Virus record (IMG/VR): IMGVR_UViG_3300001336_000003 | Location: 1 to 64,000 of that record | DNA: 64,000 nucleotides | From: a virus | Taxonomy: Duplodnaviria; Heunggongvirae; Uroviricota; Caudoviricetes | Direction: 5' to 3' (one strand) | In this document: piece after piece, positions 8,796 to 18,440 of the stretch | Layout: each line of letters opens with the position of its first letter | Numbering within the stretch: the first letter of the stretch is position 1 | Program-made: the position numbers and the translations under genes | The notes under the pieces: generated by a model | Database searches by the model: none | What the model was told of the DNA's origin: nothing | Seen by the model: the letters and a program-made list of their open reading frames with translations, nothing else

Positions 8796-9514
8796 GCGTG
8801 GTCAACACCTTTACTTCTACAATTATCATTGTGCCATCTTGATATAGCATTTGGTTTGGCCTCTAAGCCACAATAAATGCATTTTTGCTTTGATATTTTA
8901 CTATGCGACTCTTTCATTTTAATTATAGTATCTTCGTTGTGTTTTTTGCCCCTAAAGTTTTTCCCCATGTCTAAATGTGCGTATTTACCATTTTTATGAT
9001 TATCTCTATATTTTTGTCGTGTTTCCTCTGATTGTTTATGACCAGTCTTAATTCTTCTTAATTTTTCTTTGGTTTCTTCTGTATGATTTTTACCGTAGAA
9101 TGGGTTATTTTCGCCCATCATCTTTTCACGAATTTTTTCTTTAGATTCTTCTGTGTGGTTGCCTTTTTTTGCCATAGGGTTGTTTTTCCCCTTAAATTTT
9201 TCTGACATGATTTTTTTACGTTCTTCTCTATTACTAGGATTGAGTTCACCGCTTGCAAAACCACAAGAATTGTTATTGAAATTCATACAATTTTCTTCTT
9301 CGATGTTCATGTTGATATATTTTTCTTCTAACTCTTTTAAGTGCTCTAAAGAATCTGCAAACTCTAATATCGTTTTAACTAATACGCTCTTGTCTTTTAT
9401 AGACCTAACCCATTTTCCAGACCCATAATATAAGTCATTCGGGTCATTGGTAGAATGGCGTCCTATATAGTATTTGCCATTTGGGTGCTCTGTCTTGTAA
9501 ATTATATGAAACAT
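8792..9514 (-). CDS. free-standing homing endonuclease-like: GIY-YIG-like N-domain + NUMOD3 repeats + C-terminal Cys finger
   Basis: HIIYKTEHPNGKYYIGRHSTNDP..YYGSGKW; repeated NUMOD3-like GKNHTEETKEKLR units; C-terminal CIYCG....WHNDNCRSKG shared with other copies; TATAAATA (minus, 9545..9552) upstream. Confidence 0.6.
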   Translation of the reverse strand: MFHIIYKTEHPNGKYYIGRHSTNDPNDLYYGSGKWVRSIKDKSVLVKTILEFADSLEHLKELEEKYINMNIEEENCMNFNNNSCGFASGELNPSNREERKKIMSEKFKGKNNPMAKKGNHTEESKEKIREKMMGENNPFYGKNHTEETKEKLRRIKTGHKQSEETRQKYRDNHKNGKYAHLDMGKNFRGKKHNEDTIIKMKESHSKISKQKCIYCGLEAKPNAISRWHNDNCRSKGVDHA

Positions 9515-9521
9515 TTTAAAC

Positions 9522-9573
9522 CTCTGGATTGGCTGTTATTATATTATTTATATAATCTCATGCCAATCCAGAG
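9522..9573. repeat. inverted repeat CTCTGGATTGG...CCAATCCAGAG (11-bp arms, 30-nt loop) between phoH stop and endonuclease gene start; late promoter inside the loop
   Basis: read directly from sequence. Confidence 0.6.
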
Positions 9574-10312
9574 TAAGTATTTTATCTATATTCCGATTCT
9601 ACTGTTTCTTTTGCTATTATATATTCTTTTATTAGGTTCGATCTGACAATATCATCAATGCCGAATTCAATAATGTCGAAAGACGGAATTTTTCTAGCAA
9701 TTTTGATGAATTTACTAAGACCAGAAATGTCTGCTCTATTTTTTGACAAAATCAAGTCATCTTGCTTAACGTCGCCATTCTTGAATTGTCACCAACACGT
9801 GTCATGATTGTGTTGATTTCACTGTCTGTCATGTTCTGACATTCGTCCACAATGATGATTGAATTGTCGAATGTCAAACCCCTGATAAAAGATGTGCTCA
9901 TAAATTTTATCATGCCTTTTTGCTTCATTATTGTATAGCCGTCACCCCTTTCGAAGAGATTGTTTGTAATGTCGATATATGGCATTTCGAAGTTGGCCAT
10001 CTTTTCGTTAGCACTACCGGGCATGTGTCCCTGTTCCCTTGATTGAACAGATGAACGAATGATTATTATTTGTTTATAGTCTCCTGTTACTGCCATTACG
10101 TCTTTAAGTGCCAAATATAAAGAAATGTATGTCTTACCTGTCCCCGCACTACCGATTGCCAAGATATGATTTCCTTCTCTATATGATTGGAACAACTTGT
10201 CTTGGTTTTGTGTTATCGGATTTATTCGCTTCATAACGAATCTATTGTTGACAAGATAATCGGTTTCTCTTACTACTTGGGTGCGCTTGCGCTTTGGAAG
10301 ACGTTTTGTCAT
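9572..10312 (-). pseudogene. phoH: phoH (PhoH-like ATPase) interrupted by a frameshift near 9776
   Basis: 186-aa ORF has Walker A AIGSAGTGKTY and IIVDECQNMT, ends ...TRVGDNSRMATLSKMT*. PhoH C-terminus (GDVKQDDLILSKNRADISGL...FGIDDIVRSNLIKEYI) continues in the +1 frame to a stop at 9572. Confidence 0.7.
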
Positions 10313-10480
10313 GAAACCTCCTTTATCGACTTCAAAGATTCTGTTCTCCTTAGAAGTCGTTTATTGTGTTATATTTTTGATGAGAAAGTGGATGAGCGAT
10401 AATCATCGCAAATGTATATGTTTCAATAAGTTGTAGTTTAATATATACCATACAAACACTCCTTTCCACATAGCTATTTA

Positions 10481-10555
10481 TATAAATATAGTTGTTAGTC
10501 GCGGTGCTGGAACACCCACTAACTCTATGTTGATTAAAAAAGGAGCAACACAGCT
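10481..10555 (+). promoter_or_regulatory. homing-endonuclease cassette leader: late promoter TATAAATA + GTCGCGG box + hairpin + CCCACTAACTCTA + AAAGGAG RBS
   Basis: conserved at 7 loci (see findings). Confidence 0.65.
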
Positions 10556-11389
10556 ATGACTATTTATCTTTACATCAAAAAACACAAAATAACAGGTTTA
10601 AAATATCTGGGTATAACTTCACAAGAAGACCCTCACAAATATACTGGTTCGGGTAAAAGATGGTTAAGACATCTTAAAAAACATGGATACGAATATACGA
10701 CTGATATTCTACTCGCCACAGAAAACAAAAAAGACATTGAAAGAACTGGGTTATTTTTTTCTATGTTGTGGAACATAGTAAAAAGCAGTGATTGGGCAAA
10801 TTTGACGGAAGAACGCGGGAATGGTGGTGACATGGGGTTTTCGGGTCTGGCGTCCACCAGAGAAAAAATGAGTAATTCGCACAAGAAAAAAGTAAAAGAA
10901 GGGACACATCATCTTTTATGTGGCGACATACAAAAACAATCAAATAAAAAAAGAATTGATGAGGGGACGCATAATTTATTAGGTAATAATAACCCATCGC
11001 ATAAAAGAGTTGCAGATGGAACACATCACTTTTTGGATATAAGCTGGCAAAAGAGTGTAGCAAAAAGTAGAACTCAGAAAGCTATAGATAACGGAAACCA
11101 CTATTTTTCATCAGATTTAGGAAAAGAAAATTTGAAAGCTTATCAACAAAAAAGAGTTGTTGAAGGAAGTCATAATTTTTTAGGTGAAAAAAATCCATCA
11201 CATGATAGAATAAAGAATAAAACACATAATTTTCTAGGCTCAATTTCATGTAGAGATAAGACAGGCAATTGCGTTCAAATTTCAAAAGATATATACTATC
11301 GTCAAACAGGCCCAATGGAAGATTGGGAATATGTTGTAGTTCGTTCCAAAGAAGGCAAAAAAAGAAAAGAACTTCTTACCAAGTGTTGA
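10556..11389 (+). CDS. free-standing homing endonuclease-like (IY-YLG / YxGSG N-domain, NUMOD-like GTHHxLG repeats)
   Basis: MTIYLYIKKHKITGLKYLGITSQEDPHKYTGSGKRWLRHLKKHGYEY; paralog of 41596..42237 and fragment 21700..21903; repeats EGTHHLL/EGTHNLL/DGTHHFL/EGSHNFL/NKTHNFLG. Confidence 0.6.
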   Translation: MTIYLYIKKHKITGLKYLGITSQEDPHKYTGSGKRWLRHLKKHGYEYTTDILLATENKKDIERTGLFFSMLWNIVKSSDWANLTEERGNGGDMGFSGLASTREKMSNSHKKKVKEGTHHLLCGDIQKQSNKKRIDEGTHNLLGNNNPSHKRVADGTHHFLDISWQKSVAKSRTQKAIDNGNHYFSSDLGKENLKAYQQKRVVEGSHNFLGEKNPSHDRIKNKTHNFLGSISCRDKTGNCVQISKDIYYRQTGPMEDWEYVVVRSKEGKKRKELLTKC

Positions 11390-11615
11390 TGTTATCTTTT
11401 TTGTGATGGTGTCTAACGTTCCGTAAAACATCACGAAATCCGTCATCTGGTTTTCTAATACCAAGACGAACGGAATCCCCCAAACCAGGGAATTTGTTGA
11501 ATATCTGTTGTAAGTGTGGATTGTCTTTTAGATAGTTTTCCATTTCGGAAAACTTCATGTTAACTTCGAATTCTTCATTCGTCGTATTGTCACGAATTGA
11601 ATATATTGGCATCAT
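11376..11615 (-). CDS. hypothetical protein
   Basis: ORF track. Confidence 0.35.
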   Translation of the reverse strand: MMPIYSIRDNTTNEEFEVNMKFSEMENYLKDNPHLQQIFNKFPGLGDSVRLGIRKPDDGFRDVLRNVRHHHKKDNINTW

Positions 11616-11699
11616 ATCTCCCGTAAAAAAATAAGGCGACCCATTGTAGATCGCCTTTCAAATAACCATTTGTATGACCTACGCTTGTATTTAGCGTTT

Positions 11700-12302
11700 T
11701 CAGTCTCTCTCACCAGTAACAATAGCGTATATTTCTTTCCAATTTTTAACTTTTTTTAGCATGTATGGATTTTCATAATCTCTGTTGTAATGATGTTCCA
11801 CTAAGATGGGTTCCAAACCATAAAGGAGTCCATATTCGGCATTTTTAGGGACATCTTCAATCCAGAAACAACCACTGCCCTTGTAAAATTCAAGGTGCTT
11901 TTTCTTGTTTTCGGATTCGCCACATAGGATAACCCGTTCAAATGCAGTTTTACCAAACAGATTTTCAATGTTTTGCATCCGCATATCATACACATGTGGG
12001 TCATTAGGTACTGCTGAAATACAATGGAAAACATATCCATGTTCTTCATGTAGCTTTCGTATGTATTTTATGGCGTCTTTATATGGAGGAAGTTTTCCTA
12101 ATGCGGCGCTTTCATTGAACATCTTGGCCAGAAAAACACCTTGTTCTGCGGTGATCCCGTGATAGCGGTGTTCTATATCATATTCGCCAATAGTGTTGAG
12201 TTTATACCCATTCATAATCATCCACATATCAAATGAATGTTCCCAGTATAGAAAGCACCCATCGGCATCTACCAAAATCACATTATCAAATAACAAAGCC
12301 AA
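11700..12302 (-). CDS. HAD-superfamily hydrolase-like protein
   Basis: N-terminal ILVDADGCF (DxDG motif I). Confidence 0.45.
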   Translation of the reverse strand: MALLFDNVILVDADGCFLYWEHSFDMWMIMNGYKLNTIGEYDIEHRYHGITAEQGVFLAKMFNESAALGKLPPYKDAIKYIRKLHEEHGYVFHCISAVPNDPHVYDMRMQNIENLFGKTAFERVILCGESENKKKHLEFYKGSGCFWIEDVPKNAEYGLLYGLEPILVEHHYNRDYENPYMLKKVKNWKEIYAIVTGERD

Positions 12303-12765
12303 TTTCCTTCATTTTTTCAACAGTGTCGCTGAAATTTTTGTGTACGATTGCAAAGCCGCCTAGTTCATTCCAAGGCTTACAGTTCTTTTCGAAATCATCA
12401 ATAAGAACATCACCAACACCATTCATAAACAGGCACTTGTTTTTGCCACCAAGCATAGGGATAATATCAATGTCTTTAGACAAATTATTCCGAACCCATT
12501 GCCGCTTTTGTAGTGCAGCGGAACGATAATTGCTTTTTGGACATGCCGTAAGAATAGTTGGGTTCTGATGCATTATAGATTCAAGAAATTCTTTTGCACC
12601 TTCACACATGGACATGCCGACAAAGTAATCTGGAACGGCATTAATTTTTTTCCACATTTCATCATCGGTCATCGTATCTTGATTCACGCCAAACAATTCT
12701 TGGAACCGAGAATCAAAATCTGCCATAACCCCGTCGAGGTCTAGGAACAGTTTCACATTTTTCAT
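12286..12765 (-). CDS. 5'(3')-deoxyribonucleotidase-like HAD phosphatase
   Basis: LFLDLDGVMADFDS at N-terminus, typical NT5C family motif I. Confidence 0.6.
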   Translation of the reverse strand: MKNVKLFLDLDGVMADFDSRFQELFGVNQDTMTDDEMWKKINAVPDYFVGMSMCEGAKEFLESIMHQNPTILTACPKSNYRSAALQKRQWVRNNLSKDIDIIPMLGGKNKCLFMNGVGDVLIDDFEKNCKPWNELGGFAIVHKNFSDTVEKMKEIGFVI

Positions 12766-12961
12766 TATATAAGGTTTCCTTTAAGAGGGTTTATTCATCG
12801 TCATTATTTTCAAAAGCCGAAAAACGACTTTCTACTTTCTGGCGTCTTTTTTGGCGACGATTTTCTAGCTTTTCTTTCTTGCTAGAATTGATATCGTCGT
12901 CATCCCATTCATCGTCCCAACGCTGCTCGCGGAACTTTTTGAACGTCTTTGCCATTTTATC

Positions 12962-13390
12962 TCACTTCTCCTCTTGTTGTGTAATAAGTCCTGGGAACGC
13001 CTTTTGTATAACACTAGCTGGCAACCCTGTCAAGGGCTTTTGTTGTATCATTTTTATCAAAAGCTTAGCGTCATTTTTGTCCACCGTTTGAAGAAGCTGA
13101 ATAAACAAATTTTCACGCTTCACTTGATTCAGTTCGTCATATCCACCACCTTTTATGAATATGCGCAACCGCCTCGTTTCTTTATATAACATACCTTCAG
13201 TTCCTACAGCTTCGCTTTCTTTATATGGCGGTGCAGTAGTAGGAACCAAAAGTAAAATGCTTTGGTCATACATTATCTTCAATATTGTTCTCAAAGATAT
13301 GCTGTTATTTTTGGCAAGCCATTCAACTTTTTCGTCAACCGTCTTCAATTCAATGGCTTTGTTAATTATTTCAGATAGCGAAAGTAACAT
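12962..13390 (-). CDS. hypothetical protein
   Basis: ORF track. Confidence 0.35.
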   Translation of the reverse strand: MLLSLSEIINKAIELKTVDEKVEWLAKNNSISLRTILKIMYDQSILLLVPTTAPPYKESEAVGTEGMLYKETRRLRIFIKGGGYDELNQVKRENLFIQLLQTVDKNDAKLLIKMIQQKPLTGLPASVIQKAFPGLITQQEEK

Positions 13391-13400
13391 TAAAAACTCC

Positions 13401-14258
13401 TTAAAAATCGCCTATGTCTTCCAAAAGATTTTTCAACCCTTTACCAACAAAAAATTGGTAAAGCATCTTTCTTCCGACTTCTTTTTCTTGTGTGTATTTT
13501 TCAAGTATCACAGTCTTATATTTATCAGGAATGTAATTTAGGTCAATCAACTGCTTGTTTCTTTCGAACTTCTGTTTTTCAGGTTCTGAAAGAGTGTTGA
13601 AATCAGCCGTGAACATATCTATTTTCTTAGCAGTCATTGGTCTTTGTCTTTTGCCTACTGCAAGACTATTGTCATCTGATAGTATGTTCGGAATGCCGTC
13701 ACCCGAATCGCCTTTCAAGATGTGTTCAAAAAGATATTGATCGGGCTTCGAATGTTCTATAGATTTTTTTCTAACAGGGTCATACTGAAAGACGTTACCA
13801 TATCTTTGTAACTGAACGAAGTCTTTATCACCAGAAAGGATAAGAAATTTTTCACCTATGTTCATTTCACTTCCATAGGTGTGACAAATTGCTCCTATGA
13901 CATCATCTGCTTCTACAGCATCAAAGTGAATAACTTTATATGGGAAAAATTCTTCCAATTCTTCACGGATAGTGTTGATAATCCTGAAAAGTTCGCCCCA
14001 ATCCAATTCGGATTCGTCGCGTGTCTTTTTCCTGTTAGCTTTGTAGTATGGGAAAACTGTTTTGCGCCACGAATTTTTGCCGTCTGCGCATATGATAATT
14101 TCGCCGTATTCTTTCATGAATTTCTGGCGATTCGCTCTTAACGAATTAAGAAACATGTGTCTAATCATGCTTTCATTTATATCAGCATTGTGATGATTTC
14201 CTATGCTGGCAAATAAAGACGCCAACATCACTTGATTATAATCTAATAGTATAGCCAT
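13401..14258 (-). CDS. rnh: RNase H / 5'-3' exonuclease (FEN-1 family), T4 rnh-like
   Basis: alignable with T4 RNase H along its length (T4 SMVRHLILNSIK vs SMIRHMFLNSLR; KIVLCIDNAKSGYWRR vs IIICADGKNSWRKT; EADDHIAV vs EADDVIGA; KKDNV vs GDGIPNI). Confidence 0.85.
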   Translation of the reverse strand: MAILLDYNQVMLASLFASIGNHHNADINESMIRHMFLNSLRANRQKFMKEYGEIIICADGKNSWRKTVFPYYKANRKKTRDESELDWGELFRIINTIREELEEFFPYKVIHFDAVEADDVIGAICHTYGSEMNIGEKFLILSGDKDFVQLQRYGNVFQYDPVRKKSIEHSKPDQYLFEHILKGDSGDGIPNILSDDNSLAVGKRQRPMTAKKIDMFTADFNTLSEPEKQKFERNKQLIDLNYIPDKYKTVILEKYTQEKEVGRKMLYQFFVGKGLKNLLEDIGDF

Positions 14259-14315
14259 TTTGAACCTCGTTTAATTTATATAATTTTGTTACCATACAGC
14301 ATAACGGGTTCCGTG

Positions 14316-14708
14316 TCAAGAGTTTTCTTCATCATCGCCATTCATTTCATCATCGTCACCATTCATTTCTTCGAAAGCATCTTCTGCGAATTCTTGAAGG
14401 GGATGGGTTAGACCACTAGCTTTCAGATGTAATGCTAAAATAGATTCCATGACCAATACCGAATTGGGCATTAGTTCATCACTTCTTTTTTCGAAGTCTA
14501 TCCCATCACGCGCCATTTCAGAAAACACTATTTTGCTTAGTTTTTCGCAAAATTCTTGTGAATACTTCCTGCCGTATTCAGCAGCACGTGCCGCATATTC
14601 TTCTATGCTTTGTGGGTGCGTTTCTTTTTTTTTCTTTGGAAACGGGATTATCTTATCTTTTGATGTTGACATGACGTAAAATACTAATCCATTTGTTGGT
14701 AAAAACAC
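14316..14708 (-). CDS. hypothetical protein with acidic C-terminal tail
   Basis: ORF track. Confidence 0.35.
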   Translation of the reverse strand: MFLPTNGLVFYVMSTSKDKIIPFPKKKKETHPQSIEEYAARAAEYGRKYSQEFCEKLSKIVFSEMARDGIDFEKRSDELMPNSVLVMESILALHLKASGLTHPLQEFAEDAFEEMNGDDDEMNGDDEENS

Positions 14709-15612
14709 TCATTGAGTTGGTTTTTGTTAAGCTATATTCTGGTTTGTTCGTATAGCTATTTATCCATCCTTTATTAGCTTTTTCCATGTCTAGAACTTGC
14801 TTTGCTATCGCATAGCTTGTATTTGCATGGGCGTTTACATCTTCTGTGAAGTCATATGATATTGTTCTTCCACCACTTGTTTCTGGTAAGGCCCCGTAGT
14901 TAGGATGTATGACCAGACAACCAGATTGCATGGCTTCTATCATCGCAATACAAGAAGTTTCCTTCCATATGCAAGGATATAAAAACACGTGCGATTTTTC
15001 CAAGGAGTCTAGAACTTCTTGATTCGACTTGGTTCCGTGATATGTTATTTGTGGGTGATTTTTGAGGCTTTCGAACAATGCTTCATATGGCCTATTTCTG
15101 GATTCCCAACCGTATATCTCAAATGAAGAAAATACGTCCAAATGTAGATTGTCGTATGTTTTTGTCAAGGCATCAAAAACTGGATATAAAAGTTCAAGGC
15201 CGCGATGGGGTGTTGTGTGATAGACAAAGTTTATCACGTCATCTGGTTTGGATCTTTGTGTGTGTTCGGTTTCAATTGCATTGGGTATGACGAAACACTT
15301 AGAGTATGGAATGGAAAACGCTTTTATGAAATGGTCTCTTTGCCACACGCTGACAAATACAAAATAGTCAAACGCTGTCCAGCCGCCATTTTTAAGAATA
15401 TCGTTTTCACCATCTTCTGCCAAATCATGGCAGTAAAGAATGTTTATTACGTCTTTATATAACTGTCTAGGTCTAGAAAAATGAATCGCGAATCCTTGCA
15501 ACAATTCGCTAGGCACATTATGAATGAGGCGTGAGCGCATCATTTCTGTGCCCCCACGCGCATTTTTAGACAGTTCTGTATCGATCACTTGACCGTTAAG
15601 AACGCAACTCAT
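14653..15612 (-). CDS. GT-B glycosyltransferase (GT1/GT4-like)
   Basis: C-terminal E-x7-E-like motif ETSCIAMIEAMQSGCLVIHP. Confidence 0.55.
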   Translation of the reverse strand: MSCVLNGQVIDTELSKNARGGTEMMRSRLIHNVPSELLQGFAIHFSRPRQLYKDVINILYCHDLAEDGENDILKNGGWTAFDYFVFVSVWQRDHFIKAFSIPYSKCFVIPNAIETEHTQRSKPDDVINFVYHTTPHRGLELLYPVFDALTKTYDNLHLDVFSSFEIYGWESRNRPYEALFESLKNHPQITYHGTKSNQEVLDSLEKSHVFLYPCIWKETSCIAMIEAMQSGCLVIHPNYGALPETSGGRTISYDFTEDVNAHANTSYAIAKQVLDMEKANKGWINSYTNKPEYSLTKTNSMSVFTNKWISILRHVNIKR

Positions 15613-15613
15613 T

Positions 15614-15895
15614 TTAATCCGAAACGCCGCCGATGATGTATGTCTTTTTCAATCTTTCTTTAGGGTTGCCCCAAAGAGTGTTTGCCTTCACGCGGATGAA
15701 ACGCTTGTTTGTTTCATTCTTGTTAGGGTTGTCAATAGTAACCCAAGGATTCTGACCCTTCCAATACGCTGTTTGGATATTGATCAATTTTTCAGACGGA
15801 TCACGCATTTTTTTCATGCCTGATGTGGTTGCGCGACTAACATTACGACGCTCGCCCTTAGAGGTGTAATTTTTACCTGATGCTTTCTTTCCCAT
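15614..15895 (-). CDS. small basic protein
   Basis: K/R-rich 93 aa. Confidence 0.3.
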   Translation of the reverse strand: MGKKASGKNYTSKGERRNVSRATTSGMKKMRDPSEKLINIQTAYWKGQNPWVTIDNPNKNETNKRFIRVKANTLWGNPKERLKKTYIIGGVSD

Positions 15896-16092
15896 AACAA
15901 ATCTCCTGTATGTTAAATTTTCAAAGTTTCATAAGACCTAAGTCTAGTAGTATTCTATAGTTGATGTTTGTCAGATCGCCTTCTGGATCGAGTCTTATCG
16001 TTGCTATAAGCCTATCCATGTATAGCAGTTCTTTTTCACTTTCGTTCGCAATTTCTAATGACTCGAATACGGTTTCTATGTCATAGGGGTTT

Positions 16093-16734
16093 TCAAGAAG
16101 AACACGCTTCTTTGTTGATTGCATTTTTTTCCTTTTGGCAGATTCGTTCGATTGATTCATGTAACTCATGTACATCCCCATTATTGTGTATCCTATAAGT
16201 TCTAATAGCAAACTTTTCAGATAATATGTGTGATTTTTCTATGGGTGTTTTATGATTTATGACAAATTCTTCTACCAAATTTCCGTTAAGATATCTTCTT
16301 GAATCGGTAGAAAAGTCACACCCATCACGTGTCAATTGGACTAGACAAATATTTTCAGTCCCACACTTATTTATAATAGGAATAATTTCCTCCGAAAATC
16401 CACCATCGCTAAAGCAATAGTCCTTACCATCTTCTATGTTTTTTGCGCATTGTACGCCAAAAAAATCAGACCCGTATTTTGGCTTATAAACTTTTTCACT
16501 TACGAAAATCATGGCATCGCGTCTAGAAAGGTTGTCCAGTTTAGGTTCTTTTCTTTCTTTTATGCTTCTATTGTCGTAGCCATTCATAAACCATTTTTCA
16601 TCTACGTCATAGTATTCTATTGTCTTTTCGAATAGCGTCTTTTTAAAACTCAGATGTTCAAATCCTCTATCCACCAAGAAATGACAAGATTGGTCTTTAC
16701 CACTTCTTGGTGGCCCATTAAAAACGATTATCAT
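16093..16734 (-). CDS. deoxynucleoside monophosphate kinase-like (T4 gene 1-like) P-loop kinase
   Basis: MIIVFNGPPRSGKDQ resembles T4 gp1 N-terminus MKLIFLSGVKRSGKDT. Confidence 0.55.
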   Translation of the reverse strand: MIIVFNGPPRSGKDQSCHFLVDRGFEHLSFKKTLFEKTIEYYDVDEKWFMNGYDNRSIKERKEPKLDNLSRRDAMIFVSEKVYKPKYGSDFFGVQCAKNIEDGKDYCFSDGGFSEEIIPIINKCGTENICLVQLTRDGCDFSTDSRRYLNGNLVEEFVINHKTPIEKSHILSEKFAIRTYRIHNNGDVHELHESIERICQKEKNAINKEACSS

Positions 16735-16992
16735 TCTACTTGTTCTAGTCCCTTTTTTATAAAGTCACGCCATTCGTCTTTCGTGATACCAGACAAAATA
16801 AAATCATGATCTTCGCTGGTGAGATACGGCATCAAATCCGAAATACCCCCCGCTCCCGATTTCCAATTGATATAATCTTCTGGATTTACTGGAATGTCTT
16901 TTTCCCGTGTGATACCGCTGATAGAACTTGTTCGTTTGATTAACATAGAAGCAACTCCTTTACTTTACATAATACATCTTTGTATCACAAAA

Positions 16993-17547
16993 TTATTTAT
17001 TTGTCAAGTAGTTAAACCCCATTTTAGCTATAAAGTAAGAATCTACAATGTCCGAAAGGGGGTTCCACTGCTTGTTGCTCTTTATATCAAGTTCCTTGCG
17101 AATGTCAATGCCAGTCTCTTCCAGAAAACACTCATACATCATTTCTTTATTGGCATTGCCTTTTGTGGTAGCAAACTTTTTGATAGCTGGAGGCGCAAAA
17201 ACATCAAATTTGCGCCCACTTTTCCACAAGTAATATTTCAACAGACCCGTATTTTCTGCTATCTGAAAAACGCGGCCAACTGCATTGAAAGCATAACCTT
17301 CAATGAAACAGTTGCCCACATCATGTTGTTCTATGATAGATGACGACCAAGACGAAAGATTATCATATCTTTTCGTATCGCTGTCGTATTCTGGATACTC
17401 TTGGCCTTTGAATTGTGAGTTTATCACAACTTTTTTTGCCGAATTGACCAAATAGTAAAACACGCAATTTTTCGAATCCCATTGTTCGCCGCTATGGACG
17501 CATATTGATGGACTCGTCAGACTATAATCTATACCACAAACAATCAT
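16993..17547 (-). CDS. RuvC-fold Holliday junction resolvase-like protein
   Basis: MIVCGIDYSLTSPSICV N-terminus (RuvC/YqgF/A22-like first acidic motif), later FIEGYAF. Confidence 0.5.
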   Translation of the reverse strand: MIVCGIDYSLTSPSICVHSGEQWDSKNCVFYYLVNSAKKVVINSQFKGQEYPEYDSDTKRYDNLSSWSSSIIEQHDVGNCFIEGYAFNAVGRVFQIAENTGLLKYYLWKSGRKFDVFAPPAIKKFATTKGNANKEMMYECFLEETGIDIRKELDIKSNKQWNPLSDIVDSYFIAKMGFNYLTNK

Positions 17548-17815
17548 TTAAACACTCCTTTTCGGAGTATTTATGCGATTTTACGTGGGTTTCAGATACA
17601 TGTCTGGTTGCGAGCCTGTTATTATTTCCATATAGTAGGCAACCTTGTCCATGTTTTGATCAAACATTTCTTCGAGATAATCCGTCAAATCGAATACGTT
17701 TTCAGTGTCAACCGCATTTTCTTGCATGTCTATCATCAATGCTTCAAGAAGCGTGATATCATACTGAATCATGGATTTGATTAGTGTTGCTTCATATGCC
17801 ATTTTTACCATAGCC

Positions 17816-18070
17816 TTAACTAAGCTTGCCTTCGCCATACCCACCAACGCTATTTTGGATTTCTGTAACTAATCCCTCATACCCACCAATATGACGGTTG
17901 CCCCACCAAATTTGCGGAATATTTCTAACTTCGGGAAGTAGAGTTTTTAGTTCTTTTAATTTTTCTGGACTGTCAGTGTCAACCCATTCAAATTTTAGAT
18001 TGTAATCTTCTGCCAATTTCTTAGCTTTATTACACCATGTGCAGCGCGAATTTCCGAAAATACGAATCAT
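17816..18070 (-). CDS. nrdC: glutaredoxin / NrdC-like thioredoxin
   Basis: 84 aa, CTWC active-site dyad at residues 10-13, C-terminal IGGYEGL as in T4 NrdC (IGGFDQL). Confidence 0.65.
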   Translation of the reverse strand: MIRIFGNSRCTWCNKAKKLAEDYNLKFEWVDTDSPEKLKELKTLLPEVRNIPQIWWGNRHIGGYEGLVTEIQNSVGGYGEGKLS

Positions 18071-18318
18071 TTATCTATGTCCTTTCTCTTTACCCAATAA
18101 ATCCATGAATTCAAGCAGTGATTGGGGTCTTTGAAAAATAGCAAATCTATAAGAAATACTAAGTTTGGTTTGCCTTCAAGATACCAACCGTAATTTCTTG
18201 CACTGAATGCTTGATTGCTATAACCGCCTAATATCACATTCATTAATATAGATAAGGCTATTCCTACCCTAATGAAATATTTTTTTATTTTTTCTAATGT
18301 CATAAGACTACTCCCCAC
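18067..18318 (-). CDS. small membrane protein
   Basis: hydrophobic segment. Confidence 0.3.
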   Translation of the reverse strand: MGSSLMTLEKIKKYFIRVGIALSILMNVILGGYSNQAFSARNYGWYLEGKPNLVFLIDLLFFKDPNHCLNSWIYWVKRKDIDK

Positions 18319-18440
18319 AAATACTTAGTTGTATTTATAGGGAGCAGTATTTTTGTCAGATAAGATGTGTTGCCCCAAAAATCATTGCTGCAATGTTTGC
18401 AGGGTCAATGAGGCAAATCGTGTTAATAAGCTTTGTCATT

